Assembly (NCBI GenBank): GCA_964270895.1
Contig: OZ185435.1
Length of the DNA stretch: 64,000 nucleotides
Direction: 5' to 3' (one strand)
Source of the DNA: Podarcis filfolensis
Lineage: Eukaryota
Part shown: positions 12,168-25,907 of the stretch, in pieces
Layout: the number at the start of each line of letters is the position of its first letter
Position numbering within the stretch: position 1 is the first letter of the stretch
Made by a program: the position numbers and the translations under genes
Notes under the pieces: model-generated
The model's database searches: none
The model's input: only the letters and a program-made list of their open reading frames with translations
What the model was told of the DNA's origin: nothing

Positions 12168-12254
12168 CTTTTCAGCATATTCTGATACTATCTGCTTGAT
12201 CTCATCAGACTGAAGTCCAACTATCTGCCCTACAGTGCTTGCGGTCAGTCTGCC
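12168..12254 (-). CDS. CCDC93: CCDC93 coding exon 11 ([29 protein letters not shown])
   Basis: 87 nt, cag|...|gtaggt; lies within ORF 12141..12452. Confidence 0.96.
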
Positions 12255-13069
12255 CTGAAAGTAGAACACAAGTCTTATGAAGGCACATGACATAGCTTTT
12301 TGAAAAAGCAGGGCAGTTTGAATTGATGCAAATGCATTGTCTGCTTCCATGAAGAAGTACCACTGTCCTCCATGAAAGCAGCAAGGCTTGGATGGAGAAT
12401 AAGCAAGCAGAGCTGGCCGGGGCAGTGAGGAGATACTTGGAAGAGTGGGCATCAGCTAGCAAGCCTTTCCCCCCTCATCATAAAATCCGGCTATAGGAAC
12501 GGGAACAGGACAACATTTGCTACCTTAGCAAGGCTTCCATGGCATTGGCTCAGTTACATCAAGTCAGAACACAAGAATTGCTGCTGCTTTGCTATGAAGG
12601 TTCCTTGCTTAAAGTATATTTGAGAGATAAGGAGCATTTTGGACTCATATCCCAAGAATGGAAGAAAGGGCTGTGTATGTAGATGAGGCACCGTGCAAAT
12701 GAGCCAGGTGGGAAGAGAATTTGAGTGACATCTGCTGGTCACTGAATGTAGATAGCAGCAGCAGAAAGTTTGCATGTGTGCATAGAAGTGATAAGCATTA
12801 CTATGAGTGAACGAAGACCTTGGCTTTGCTGAGGTATGTGTGCTGTGGGGCAGGGGAGCAGAAAAAAAATTGTGTACAGGATGATAGTGGACTCCATTAG
12901 AACCTAGCCAAATGAGAAGGCTCTTCAAAGGTTCCGCGGTTTTGGGAGACAGAAAAGATGAGCAAGAAGTACTTTTCTCTTACTGCTGGTGATCAAACGA
13001 ATCAGAAAGTCTTCAGCAAAGATATTAAGTTATGTCTTAACAGTCTGGTTTGTTGAGAAGCTGTTAAAC

Positions 13070-13430
13070 CAGGGGTCAGCAAAGTTACTGCGCTTTGGGC
13101 AGGTGTCTCCAGCGCCGAACGCGCGGTAGGGTGGAGGAGTGCGTGCCCATACGTGTGTACACACGCTATTTCTGGCGCACTTCCGGGTCGGAGGAGCACT
13201 GGAAATAGCTTGTGTGCATGTGCGTGGGCCTCCTCCAACCCGGATGTGCACCGGAAATAATGCTTGTGCATCCGCACAAGCTATTTCTGGTGCTCCTCCG
13301 ACCTGGAAGTGGGCAGCCGCGAAGCGCAGCACAGGTAAGTGTGGGTGGCGGCAGCGGGGGTCGCTGTGGGCTGGATAAATGAGTCCCTCTGGCCTTATCC
13401 GGCCCGTGGGCCTTAGTTTGGGGACCCCTG
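13070..13430. mobile_element. hAT-type non-autonomous element
   Basis: caggggtcagcaaa...gggacccctg termini; degenerate 8-bp TSD tgttaaac/ctttaaac; internal 37-bp inverted repeat. Confidence 0.8.
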
Positions 13431-14067
13431 CTTTAAACCATAGTTTCATGGTTTGTACAAAAAAGGGAACTGGGAGTTTTGGAAGTTTCATTTGTTTCTT
13501 CTTTTCACAAAGCGAGGAGTGAAAAGGCTGTGAGCTGTCGTATCTTTGCTTACTAAGCAGAGATAACTCTCCTTATGCTTTTTGTAGGCAAGGACACAGC
13601 CAACAAAGGCTAAACACCTTTTGAAAAAGACCACCTTTCAAGCTTAGTAGTCTTTTCCTTGTGTCAATTTACACTGCAATGTAAGGCCTCAGGCAGCCTG
13701 ACTCCATTTAACCCTATTTCACGGGTTGTGATAGCTTTCAAGTCAATCTGCAGGTGCAGGAGGAAGGAACAGGGATGTGAATAACTTTAGTTGTATATAC
13801 TGCAGAGTTTGCTTGATAGGTACAGAGTACAGCTAGGCAATAAGAAATATGCATCCTTTCCTTTCTTTCTCTACTGAATTGCAGTTCGCTCCAGTTTCAA
13901 TTCACAGCCCCATGAAGAAGGGAACTTTCAGATATCAGAAATCAAGATGGAGTGATATCTGGAAAGAATTTTTTTTTGGCCTGTGCTACCCTGTTAATAA
14001 TACCAGAGTAGTGGTTGAAATAATATTTTTCCCAAAAAAACTTTGACTAACAAACAGAACTGCTTAC

Positions 14068-14118
14068 CTCTTCTGTTCCCATTGCAGCCATCTCAGTCAT
14101 CAAAGTTTTAATACGAAG
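14068..14118 (-). CDS. CCDC93: CCDC93 coding exon 10 (LRIKTLMTEMAAMGTEE)
   Basis: 51 nt, cag|...|gtaagc; similar to recalled human QRIQSLMTKMTAMANEE. Confidence 0.9.
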
Positions 14119-14949
14119 CTGATAAAAAATAAAAGTGCTGAGATCAGAACAGTTGTTTCTAAACATGTAGCACATGCTTTAATTTTTTTTATAGAAAAAA
14201 AATGTGACAAGGCTTGGAGGTTAGCAAGGAGGTTAACACACTTTCCCTCCCCTTTTCATACAAAACTCCTTCTCAACACTGTGATGGCAGCCTGGAAGCT
14301 ACTGCAAACATGGCTCCTTAGTACATTGCCTCCACTGAAGAAAACAGCAATGGATATACACACACCCCTCTCCTTTTGCTCACTCATTTATTCACAAACA
14401 AACATAACACAAAAAGCTGTGTAATAATCTGAAGTCTCTGCTCCTCTACTTTGGGCAAACACAAAGCAAAAGAAAACATCATTTTCTTTAGGCCCTCACA
14501 GCATCATTCTTCTTTGAAAAGTCACACTTCACTTTATTTGAAAACAGGTGCATATACCCAAGTTTATATACATGTGGTGCACCAGCTGTCAACAGCACTC
14601 ACACATTTGAATGGCTGAGTTTCCGTATTCGATGCAGGGTTAATCCCATTTTAAGGCACCATAAGACATTTAGAGGACAGCAGGACACAAATGCAATACA
14701 TAAAATAAAGCTATCCACTGAAAGGCAAGTGCACCACTAAAGCCCTACCCACATGCATTTTGTAGCACTGTGTATCTGCACCAAACTCAATTTCAAGTAA
14801 GAGTGCATATTGGTTCTGAGAATGCAAAATCTACAGATACAAAAAGGGAAGTGGGGGAAACCTCTATACCACCAGCTTTGTTTCATTTTGTGTAGTAGGA
14901 AGTAGCAACCCTGAACTGAGCCTTGTCACAAATTATCAGTGAATTCCAC

Positions 14950-15042
14950 CTCTTCTGCAGCTTGGAGGTCATCTTCAGTGTAGGCATCAGCTTTCCCAGA
15001 TGATGGAAGCCCAGCAGGCAGCAGCGTTTTCTTGTCTTCAAC
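14950..15042 (-). CDS. CCDC93: CCDC93 coding exon 9 (VEDKKTLLPAGLPSSGKADAYTEDDLQAAEE)
   Basis: 93 nt, tag|...|gtggaa; similar to recalled human [31 protein letters not shown]. Confidence 0.92.
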
Positions 15043-16456
15043 CTATTGAAGAAAAGGATGTTGTCTAACATTAAGAGGAAAAGGTGCATCTACAAAATCA
15101 CAAGGCGGGGAGGGGGGCGGAATTAAAAAAAAGGAAACGAACAACGTATGCTTTCAGAATATATTATAAGGAAAGGCTCCAGAGAGCCTTTCATGGACAC
15201 ATTAAAAACACACTACAGTAATAATTCAGACACAGGCATGTATCCAACACTGCTGCTCTGTTCATGCAGCAGACCTCTGCTTCTACAATTTAACTTCCCA
15301 CCTCCTCTCCCCTGCAGCTCCTCCAGCACCCCCAAAATCTGCTCCAGGGGGCTGGAGGACACTGAGAGCAGATTTTGGGCATGTGCAGGAGCTGAGAGGA
15401 TGGAGGAAGTTTTGCCGCATGAGCAGAACTCCTCTTGCATAGCATCGGATGAAGCCCAGAAGAAGCAGAACGGTATCCTGAACAGGACCCTCCTAACCTC
15501 CTTTCCCTCACAGTGGCTAAATTTTAACGAAAGCATTTGACAGTCTTAGGCTAAAAGCATGCAAGGTCAATAAGATATGATGAAGCGTTGCAGCCATATT
15601 TTGTAGAAGTCAACAAAGGGAGTGAGATGCAGCTTTAGGAACAGCATTCTTGCTGCATGGAACTTTGGGGCCTTCCACAACATTGCAATGCATGTACATT
15701 TCTGCAAGCGGAAAATAAGCTCCATCGGCTTAATTAACTTCACTGGCAACTTTCTTGGGTGAAGTGCTCTTCGTTCTCTAATACTAATTTAACTCACATC
15801 CCCCCAAAAACCAGAGTGTAGCTTGAAATGTTAGGAAACATTTCTTTCCAACAGCGTGTGCTGAAAGTCTGCCAATCTGAAACTGCTTTGCAGGGCGCCA
15901 CTGGGCTACATCATGCTTGCTAGCAGTTCCCAAGAAAATAACAATAACAGAGGGGTTTTCTTTGTTTGTTTTCTGTTCCCTGTGAATTGCTAAACTGCAT
16001 TATGCTGAGTTACTTTTGTTTTAGTTTTATTGTTAGCAATGGTTTTAATGTTTACAGTGTGCCACCCTGGGATCCTTGCATGCAGGGCTAATTACAAACA
16101 TTGAAAAATAAAAACAAACAAAAATAAAGACTGCTGAGCCCCTTTGTCTGGAACAGGCAGTGACAAAAGTCAAACTGGCTCTGAATTTAACCCACAGTGA
16201 AAAGGATCATGAACAATTCTAGCAATGTTTCCCCACAATGTGTTGAATACAGCAGCATCAGGGTGGTGACCACAACACAGTAAGATTGGGTGGCCTAGAA
16301 ATAACAAGCAAACAAGTAGTTTTCAATATTATGAAAAATAATAATCAATTGCTGCATCACACTTTTATATATATATAAAAACCTGCTTTGGTGTCTAGTA
16401 TTTTGTCCAACACACATATTTTTTCAGCTGGATTCCAGATGAAGAAACAAGCTTAC

Positions 16457-16493
16457 CTTCTCAATTTTCCCTTGTCTGCTGAAACCATACCTC
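16457..16493 (-). CDS. CCDC93: CCDC93 coding exon 8 (RYGFSRQGKIEK)
   Basis: 37 nt, tag|...|gtaagc; restores the frame after exon 7. Confidence 0.92.
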
Positions 16494-18908
16494 CTAGAAA
16501 AAGTAAAAAGGAAGAGGAAAACAAATCAGAATATGCAGCTGGATTCACTTTCATTGCAGAAGATGTGCTTTTGCAAACATGCCAAGACCAGCTCTCAGTG
16601 CTTTTTAGAAAAACAACAGCAGCCGCAGCAGCAGTTTGGGGTTAGTTATATTCACCATTTTATTTTGAGTGTACATTTTGTAATTTATATGCCATTAACA
16701 AGTAAACCATTTTTCCTGTTGCAACAGTGCAATTCATCATCAAAGTCTTCCCAGTGCATTCTAAACCTCTGCAGTACAGCAGGTTCCAGGGGGGCTGAAA
16801 GGGGGGAAGGAGGGGGGTTGCCTTATCGTTAATGACAGTGGTGCTCCGAGGCTTGTTGCTGAATTGCTAATGAAAGCCCGTTTTAATTCCAAGAACATTT
16901 CACTTTTGCCCCCCCCCCCAGGCATTAATCTGCCAGCCCTCCCTAGCTTTATTTGCTTTCTCTGTATATGCCCTTTCCACTGAAGTTCTAGTTTAAACAT
17001 CTCCTTCTGCTGCAGCTGTATTTCACTCTCCCACTAGGGAGTAGTTCCACTGCACTCAGGCAACCAGGTTTTAATATGCTGCTACACAACCTATAAAGCA
17101 GAGGATACTGAGGAAGGCACGCTGTGCATGCCGTAAGGTCCCAGGTTCAGTCCTGGTCATCTCCAGGTTGATCTGGTGCAGGGGACCCAGTCTGAAAACC
17201 TGAACAGCCATTCCCAGCAAAAGGGAAAGTTGCAGGAAAAGGGTCTGGCTGGAGCAATTTTCTCTCCCATGAGAAAAGTTCACAACATTTGGAGCTTTTT
17301 AGATCAGGGAAAAAGCTAAGTAAGGGGCAGGGCAGGGCAGGAACTGATATGAGGGTTCAAACACCATGCACAATGTGGCAAAAGTGGGCATGGTGATAGA
17401 GTGAGTGTTCCCCTCTTTCTCATATAACACTAGACCCCAAGGTTGTCCATTGAAGCTAACTGATGGATGGTCTACAGAAAGTCCTTCACAGTGCAGTTAT
17501 AAACTGTGGCTACCAACTTTGATGGCTTTGAAAGGGGATTAGGCTTATGTTCTGTAGACTGCTATATACCAATGGCTGCTATATTTGTTGTAACTAACAA
17601 AGCCATGTAAAATCACTCTAGGCTCCATGATACTGCTGTGTTTAATCACTGCCGTCTGAGATCAGCTGGGTTCATGTGATAAAGGAGTCCTTTAAAATAT
17701 TTACATATAAAGGAGCAGCAGATGAGGGAGGTAACAGCTAGGAACCTATTTTCCTGCGGAGTATGCGAAAAGAGTGGAAGTTGGGATTTTTTTCCTATGC
17801 ACTCTTCTCTCTCACCCCTTAGCCCCTAGAGAAAAGTGTGACTTTTGCGCTGAGAAAAAAAGACAGTCCCCGTGAACATTAATTTAACAATGCTGTTAAA
17901 TACCAAATGTGGAAGACATGTTAACGTGAAAGATGCAAATTCAAGTGCCAAGAGCCAACTAGAAGGGGGGGGGGCACACCACACGTACACAGGAGGAAAA
18001 ATACTCACAAGAAATAACCAGTGATACTAAAGAAGGGGGATAGGAAAACAAAAAGATGAAGAACTTGAAAAAGTGATCTGGCTTGCCATAGGGAGTAGAA
18101 GACACACTTAGGCCACAGTTTCAAACACACTTAGGCTTATTGTAAGTGTGCAAACCACCTGTATGACTAAAGAACTGCAGTGGAAAAGCTAGTGAATCAA
18201 AATGTCAATACATTTTATATTATAACCATTTCACCAGTTATTTGTGGCAAGCAACACATTGCTTTTGTGCTCTGTACACACTTAGATTATTCCAGGAGAG
18301 TAGCTATGGAAATCTGCTGTCACTAACCCTGAGTCTTTTGACACTTAAATGTGTTGTGGAGCAACATTTCCCCCCAAGAACTTGAGCAGACGGCATGATT
18401 AATTACATTACCATCCTGTCTTTCTTCCAAGCTCGAGATGGCATACGTGATTAGCACCCCCCACCCCCATCATGAACCTAGCATGGAGCATAGAGGGCTT
18501 TAGCCTTTTCCTTCCCAATCAGGATCAGGGCCCCTGCAACTCCATAGCCAACGAAGGCTCCATCTAAACATATGGGGCCTTTGCTGGTGGTGCAGACTGC
18601 AGCTAGTGAGAATGGGTGGCAAAAGATTAAAAGCTCCCCTACCCCTCACTGTACAGTTCCGGAATGGGTCCCCTAGCCTGATAATTTGCAAAAAAAGAGA
18701 AACAGCAGCAACAGCAAAGCTACACTATTAGCATCCCTTCTTAGTTGGGCCCTAGAAGACATTTAAGGTTCTCCTGCATCTGCCTACAGGGAAGAGAGAG
18801 CCACAGCATGCTGTCTTTCAGATCTTTTGTCTGCCATTATTGGAATCCTTCAGATACCCCCAAGAAATCCTGGGTTCCCTGGAACACACTTTAACAAAAT
18901 GAATATAC

Positions 18909-19009
18909 CTGCCATATTCCAGAAGCGTAGCATGAACTTTAGACTCCTCGTCGACTAACTTTTCTGCTCCTGCTCGTCGCTGGTATTTCCTTTGTGGCTT
19001 GTAAACTTC
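18909..19009 (-). CDS. CCDC93: CCDC93 coding exon 7 ([33 protein letters not shown])
   Basis: 101 nt, cag|...|gtatat; lies within ORF 18818..19081. Confidence 0.95.
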
Positions 19010-20936
19010 CTGAAAGCCAACAAAATGAGCATAAACATGTGTCAAACTACAAATGGTCAGTAAGCAATCCAATGTCAACATTCTTTCTCCATAGAAACCT
19101 CCTACCTGGACCTTCTCAGGGCTTTTGTGGCTCCATAATACAACACAACACAGTCTGTCATAACATAATATCCTTCACTGGCTGCTCATTGACCTAGACT
19201 CACCCCTCCTCCTCCCTTTTGCACTTTCCTAGCTTATTATTACTATTATTAAGAACATGGCTACTCCAGAACATATGGATCTATTCAACCTGATCTCAGA
19301 CATATCTGCAAAACATCTTAAACAAAGTAAGGAAAAAAAATACTATGCATAATTAAAGAGATGATTAATTCCGAGTCACTGAGGTTAGTGTTCATGCATT
19401 CCACTTCTAGCCTCTTATTGAATAATTATGCTTAATTACTACTCTCTTCATTATGGCTACTTTAGCCAGTCACATAGGAAAAGAAAATCGATTTAACATA
19501 ATTGGGGTGGTGGTAAGAATGTGCAAGAAAAAAAAGTTGCTGAACTAAGTTCAAGGAAATCTTTTTTTTTTTCCTTTTTAAAAAGCAATGCTTCAGTACA
19601 GCCAAGTTGTTCTTGTACACGGCTACAGTTAAAAAAGAAAGAAGCATCAATGCCAGACACTCTTTGTTAAGAAGAACTCTCGGAAAAAGCAGTGCCTTCA
19701 GATGACACTTCACACTTTCTTCCAGACACAATGACAAAGGCAGTTTACTCTCCCTGAGATACAATGACAAACGAGATCATTGTTTCCACGACTTGGCTTC
19801 TCTACTCTGTTGACTCTGCCGGAGGAAGATATGTCAAGAGCTTTTTACCCTCCTTCCTTTTTCCTTTTAAAAATGTTTTGATCAATGTTGGCAGTTTTGC
19901 AAGTGGGAAATCTTTTTCAACTATAGCACATCAGTTGAGATGCAACGGAATCCGTTCAAACTCCCGCGTTTCCGAATTCACAGCAGCGCAACGTTCTGTT
20001 TTGTGTGGCGTTTTAAAAGTGACATTGCGCCGGACAAAGAGAGACAAGGGAAGGAATACACAGAGCTGGGATTCAAAAGATGAGCACAATGGGATATCAA
20101 TCTATCAAGCCTCCCAGAGCCACATGTCAACTCCAACTAAAATTAATATGGTATTATAATGGAGCAATGCAATCTATAGAAACAGAGAAATAAAATCCCG
20201 TCACAGTAAACCCTCTGCAGGTAGGAAAGGAGCTGATTTATTGCACAACACTGTACACATTTTCTTATGCAGTAGAGTTGCAATGTTTAATGGTGTTCCT
20301 GATTATTTCGGCAGTTTTTTTTTACATAAATAAACACACGTATTTATACAAAAATATACATATATTCAATGGGGCTTATCCTCTAGTTAATGTGTCCAAG
20401 AAAGCAGCTTTAAAATATTGTGTTTCTGACTCAACTTGCACCCGACTCAAATACAGACTCTAACTAGGGCTGCCACTTGTACTAACCTAGCAGAGAGAGT
20501 CATTTGAGGGCTGTATATGCCAAAGTGCTGGGATTGTTGTTGGCATTCCACAACTTGACCAGAAAATTCTCATTTAGTGTGTTACCAATGATGTGGGATG
20601 AAACATTTTCTAGCCCCCTCCCCACCGCCATGAACCCCAGGGGAGATCAATTTCTAAAAATGAATTCTTTTATAAAAACTAACTAGGAATGTAGTGAATG
20701 GATACCACAATGGATAAAACTGAGCACCTTTGAAGTTGCAATTCACTTGAAGAAAAGTTACTATCCCCAGGAAGCAGGTATGCAGATATATCATACAAAC
20801 ATGGTCTATGCATCTTTAAAAGGGAAGGGGGAGTAAATTAAAGCCAAAATATATACATAATAAAAACAACACTAAATCCAATTATTATTTATTTGCAAAT
20901 TTTCTGGAAACCCACACTGCTGAATGCCACACTTAC

Positions 20937-20993
20937 AGAGATTTCACTAACTGCTTTGACAGACTTTTCTTTTCTTTGCATGAAGTCATCATC
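20937..20993 (-). CDS. CCDC93: CCDC93 coding exon 6 (DDDFMQRKEKSVKAVSEIS)
   Basis: 57 nt, cag|...|gtaagt; matches recalled human DDDFIKRKEKAIKTVVDLS. Confidence 0.93.
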
Positions 20994-21440
20994 CTGCAAA
21001 GCAATTTAGATAGCTTTAAATACCAGCATACAAACATATTTAACCTCAACAGTGTCAACAAAGATTGGCCAGTTGTTGTGTCAACTTGTCCAAAGCTGTG
21101 ATGTTAAAATGTACCAAAAAATACAACTAATCCTTCAGCAGAATACAAGTAATCAAGGGCCATGTACACACTTCAGAAGGCCCGACAGATTTTTACAAAT
21201 ATGTAAGCTGGTGAAGAAAACTGACTAATGTAGGTTCCAGCCTAATCTCATGTTACACAGCTAGGAGGCTACCACTGACAAAGTCCTATTCCAAGTTTGG
21301 GAACTCAAGGCTTTGTTTGATGACCATACCAAGCTTACCTGGCAGACTTCAGATAACAGGGAGGAATATATCAGGAGGCACACACCTTCAGGTAGCTGGG
21401 TATTAATTTGTTTACATATTTACATTATCATCATCATCAA

Positions 21441-22090
21441 TATTATTTTATTTATACCCTATCCATCTGGCTGGGTTTCCCCAGCCACTCTGGGTGGCTT
21501 ACAGCATCTCTAAAAACATAACAAAAACATCAAGCATTAAAAGCCTCCCGATACAGGGCTGCCTTCAGATGTCTTCTAAAAGTTGTGTAACTCTTTATCT
21601 CCTTGACATCTGAAGGGAGGATGTTCCACGGGGAGGCTGCCACTACTGTGAAGGCCCTCTGCCTGGTTCCCTGTAACTTCGCTTCTTGCAGTGAGGGAAC
21701 CAGAAGACCCTTGGAGGAGGATGCTCCTTCAGGTATACTGGGGTGAGGCTGTTTAGGGATTTAAAGGTCCACACCAACACTTTGAATTGTGTTCGGAAAC
21801 GTACTGGGAACCTGTGAAGATCCTTAAGGACTGGTGTTATATGGTCCCGGCGGCATCTCGCAGTCACCAGTCTAGCGGATGCATTCTGGACTAATTGTAG
21901 TTTCTGAGTCACCTTCAAAGGTAGACTAACCTAGAGCACATTGCAGTAGTCCAAGCAGGAGATAACCAGGGCATGCACTACTCTGGTGAGACAGTCCATA
22001 GGCAGGTAGGGTCTCAGCCCATATACCAGGTGGATCTGGTAGACAGCTGCCCTGGACACAGAACTGACCTGAGCCTCCATGGATAGCACT
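21441..22090 (-). mobile_element. L2 LINE 3' fragment
   Basis: Frameshifted RT C-terminal peptides (ISCLDYCN; VTQKLQLVQNASARLVT..HITPVLKDLH) and the gctgggtttccccagccactctggg tail. Confidence 0.9.
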
Positions 22091-22217
22091 TTGAATGGGA
22101 CATGGTAGCAAATAATCAGTGCAGATCTTTCTGTGGCAATCAATACCCAGTTGCCACATTTTGCACCTGCTATAATCTCTAAACGGTCTTCAAGGACAGC
22201 CCCATGTAGAGCATATT

Positions 22218-22701
22218 TGTTGTTTAGTCGTTTAGTCGTGTCCGACTCTTCGTGACCCCATGGACCAGAGCATGCCAGGCACTTCTGTCTTCCACTGCCT
22301 CCCGCAGTTTGGTCAAACTCATGCTGGTAGCTTCGAAGACACTATCCAACCATCTTGTTCTCTGTCGTCCCCTTCTCCTTGTGCCCTCCATCTTTCCCAA
22401 CATCAAGGTCTTTTCCAGTGAGTCTTCTCTTCTCATGAGGTGGCCAAAGTATTGGAGCCTCAGCCTCACGATCTGTCCTTCCAGTGAGCACTCAGGGCTG
22501 ATTTCCTTAAGAATGGAGACGTTCGATCTTCTTGCAGTCCATGGGACTCTCAAGAGTCTCCTCCAGCACCATAATTCAAAAGCATCAATTCTTCGGCGAT
22601 CAGCCTTCTTTATGGTCCAGCTCTCACTTCCATGCATCACTACTGGGAAAACCATGGCTTTAACTATACAAACCTTTGTTGGTAAGGTGATGTCTCTGCT
22701 T
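22218..22701 (-). mobile_element. BovB (RTE) LINE, 5'-truncated 484-bp insertion
   Basis: Stop-free ORF 22224..22655 (ESWTIKKADRRRIDAFELWCWRRLLRVPW...HGVTKSRTRLND); tail gttgtttagtcg; perfect 13-bp TSD tgtagagcatatt (22205-22217 and 22702-22714). Confidence 0.93.
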
Positions 22702-23760
22702 TGTAGAGCATATTACAAACGTCTAATTGGGAAATTACTAAAGCATGGATTACTGTGGTCAGATTACTTCAATCCAGGAATGGCTGTGGCTGAAGAACCA
22801 ACCAGAGCTGGAAACAGGTACTCTGCGCCTCTGCAGCAACTTTTAAAGGTGGGAACCAGGAATAGCCTCAGGCTACATAAACCACACTACTGTAGCTGCA
22901 ATCCTACCTACTTTACCTAGGACTAAGCTCCACAATGCAATTTACATCTTAGACATATGGTGTTAATAGTAAAACATTAGCAGGAACTTGGCCCATCAGA
23001 TAGAAAAATTCAGAGTATCTTCCAGCACTGACACCTTTAACATCACTTTCCATTTATTGACAAATGAGGCAGAGAAAGATGCTCACTAGTTTGCAGCTGC
23101 ACAAATAATGAAAGGCACAAACAGACACAGGGAGATGCAAGAATCGTAAGTTGAACTTTCAACAACGTGAGTGAAAACCCCCAAAACACAGCCTTAAAAA
23201 AAAAATGAACTATTTTATTTCAGTGGGCAGCTGTCATGTTAAGGTATAGCATTACCAACTGCCAATCACCTTTTAATCATAGAGAAACAATACACCTGGA
23301 CTTTCCTTCTCAAGGAATGGCTCATTCTGCACTAAGAATAGGTGGGCAACGTATTTTTAAGAATGGGAAACGTTTTGGTGCTTGCACAGTGTAGGTTTGT
23401 GTTGCCACTGCACAAACATATTCAAATACAATTTTGTGAAAAAGATCTTACAAGAAAAAAGTGACTTGTGTCAAGAACAGCTTCCCAGAGCATCCGATGA
23501 ATGCACTTGGATGCACTGCAAATTCATCTACCTTTTTTGATGCGCAACTGGGCATTTAATACTTAAGGAGTTGGACTGAATTACTCTACTCATATTTTCT
23601 GCTCCAGTGCCAGCTCATAACGTGTGATCTATCCGCTTATGTCCTAAAACCTATGAGCCAAATCAGCTGGTGCAGGTTTGCATCAATCCTATCCGTTTTA
23701 GAGACGGTTAAAAGAATCACTTCTAGTTCTGAATTACAAAAGACGCAGCCAAACATTTAC

Positions 23761-23859
23761 CTCTGGCAGACTGTGTGTCTTCTGAAACTGAGATATAGAA
23801 TATGAGCGGATGTAATCTCCCATTTCTTCACGGGTTTCTATTGCACGTTTCACAAGCCA
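23761..23859 (-). CDS. CCDC93: CCDC93 coding exon 5 ([33 protein letters not shown])
   Basis: 99 nt, ag|...|gtaaat; conserved peptide. Confidence 0.96.
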
Positions 23860-25907
23860 CTGGGAGAAAAGAAAAAGGGAAACCCTTAAAGCAACACCTT
23901 GGATGGATATATATACTCAGGACAGACTTGGATATCAAAAAGGGAATAAAAAATAAGGAAAATCAACACTCTATAAACAAAGGGTTACAGTTATTACAGC
24001 TACTTACCTTTCATATTTTGAAACATTTAGACAATGAACATGGGCATCAGTGCATGTTCATCATCTGAACCAAGAAACAGAAAACCCACTGAGTCTCAGC
24101 ATGACATAAAAGATTAGTGTGTCTGACTGAGACTAGATTCAGCTAAGCGTTACACAGAATAAAACCACTGAAATTAAAGGACATAGTTATGTTGGGTCCA
24201 TTAATTTCAATAGGTCTACTTCAAGTAAAACTCAGTTGAATATCAACCCAGGATTTAAATTTCTGACCAGCTGTTGTGGCTGATGTTGACCCAGCCACTC
24301 CCTTTCAACTCAGCCTACCTCAAAGGGTTATTAGGAGGCTAAACATGTTGAAAGAGCACAAATATGATGGAAGACAGGTTAGGCCCTTGTTTTTCTCACT
24401 TGTGGATATTTCTGGCATGTTTCACTCAGCCTTTGCTGTGCTTTTCCTCTGAACAGTGTGAGTTAATCTGTTCTTCATGAGGCCAACTCTGCCTCACATG
24501 GACTAGAGGCAGGAGTGGCCAATATGCCGTCCTTCTGATGCTCCCAACATTGTCAGCCAGTATGGTCAATACTTTGGATCATGTGAGCTATAGTCCAGCA
24601 ACATCTGGAGACACCTGGACTGGGCTGTATGAAACTCCAATTCCTGCTTTTCCATGACCATATCACAAAGGTGCATAGCAGCAAAACCTGAGTAGTCACA
24701 AACGACAATCTGCAGGCCCAGATTGGATGTGTCACTTGCTTATCAGGTTGCCCGAAGACTTAGCATGCCAATGGACATAACACAGTACTGGTGCACAGGC
24801 ACAAGGCTTGAGACATGTGACCTAAAGGAAAATCTTAACTCATGTTGTCATTGTAGATCAGGAGTCGGAAACTAGAAATCTCAGGCTAAGTTCGGCTCCT
24901 ATTTGGTGCAACCAGGTCGTTGCTGCACTTAGTTGAAAAATACAGAAACAAACAAGGGCCATGGAAGAGTAGCAGGTGCTGGTCTCATTCTGGCTATCAA
25001 CCTACTTCTCCCCACTTTGTCAAACTGACAACCAGGCAAAAATAGTTGCTGCCTTGCTCTTACATCTGCAGCTCTCAACTCTGCTTTGGTGTGTGTGTGG
25101 GGGGGCATGCTCTCTATTTAAGCAGCCAGCTTTCCAGGCAAAGAACTCATCCCTGTTCACTTGCAACAGAAACACCTTCCTGGCTTGGTTTGGCTGAAAC
25201 GTCAATTTTGCAAATGACGTTCCAAGACAGAGAAAAGCAAGCACATATAAAACTATAAAGCAACAGTATTCCCATTTACATGGGCAATAGCAAACCATTT
25301 GAACACTCCGAGTCTTGCTAATAATTGACTCAAATTTGGAAATGGGTTAAATGCTTTGAATTATTTTTATTTCACAGAAGATGGTATAGAAACAATTACA
25401 TAAAAGATTCTGAGATCCCAAGTTAAACACTAGGTTTAGAAGATGCCTCTAACTTGCTCCTTGTTCAGGATCTAACCAGAGACGGAACTATGCTTCCAAT
25501 ACAGTCTCTGCAAGCAACAGCGATGCAGTATCTCTTTCCATACACTTTTTGGTTACAGGAAATGCTGCAAGGCTACAAAAGGGATTAATCAATGGTGCAG
25601 GGATGGGGAATGGATAGCCACCTAGATGTTGCTAGACTCCCATCATTCCTGACCAATGGTTACACTAGCTAGGGCTGAAGGGAGCTTTGAGCCCCACAGC
25701 ATCTAAAGGGCCTCCTACCCACATTAGTGGAACCATTTGTTTATGATTAGGAGCACACATTCTACTTGGTTGTTTCCTGATCAAAACCATGCCCCAGTGG
25801 CTATTAGAGTTGCAGGGAAGAGAGAAAGAGGGTTACAATATGGTTTTTCATCAGCAGGCCTACTATACAGAGGTGTTGGGGGGAGCAACTTTTCAAGGAG
25901 CACCTAC

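Noticed and set aside
22252-22920. 222-aa + strand ORF
   Set aside because: It is the antisense frame of the BovB fragment running into the flank.
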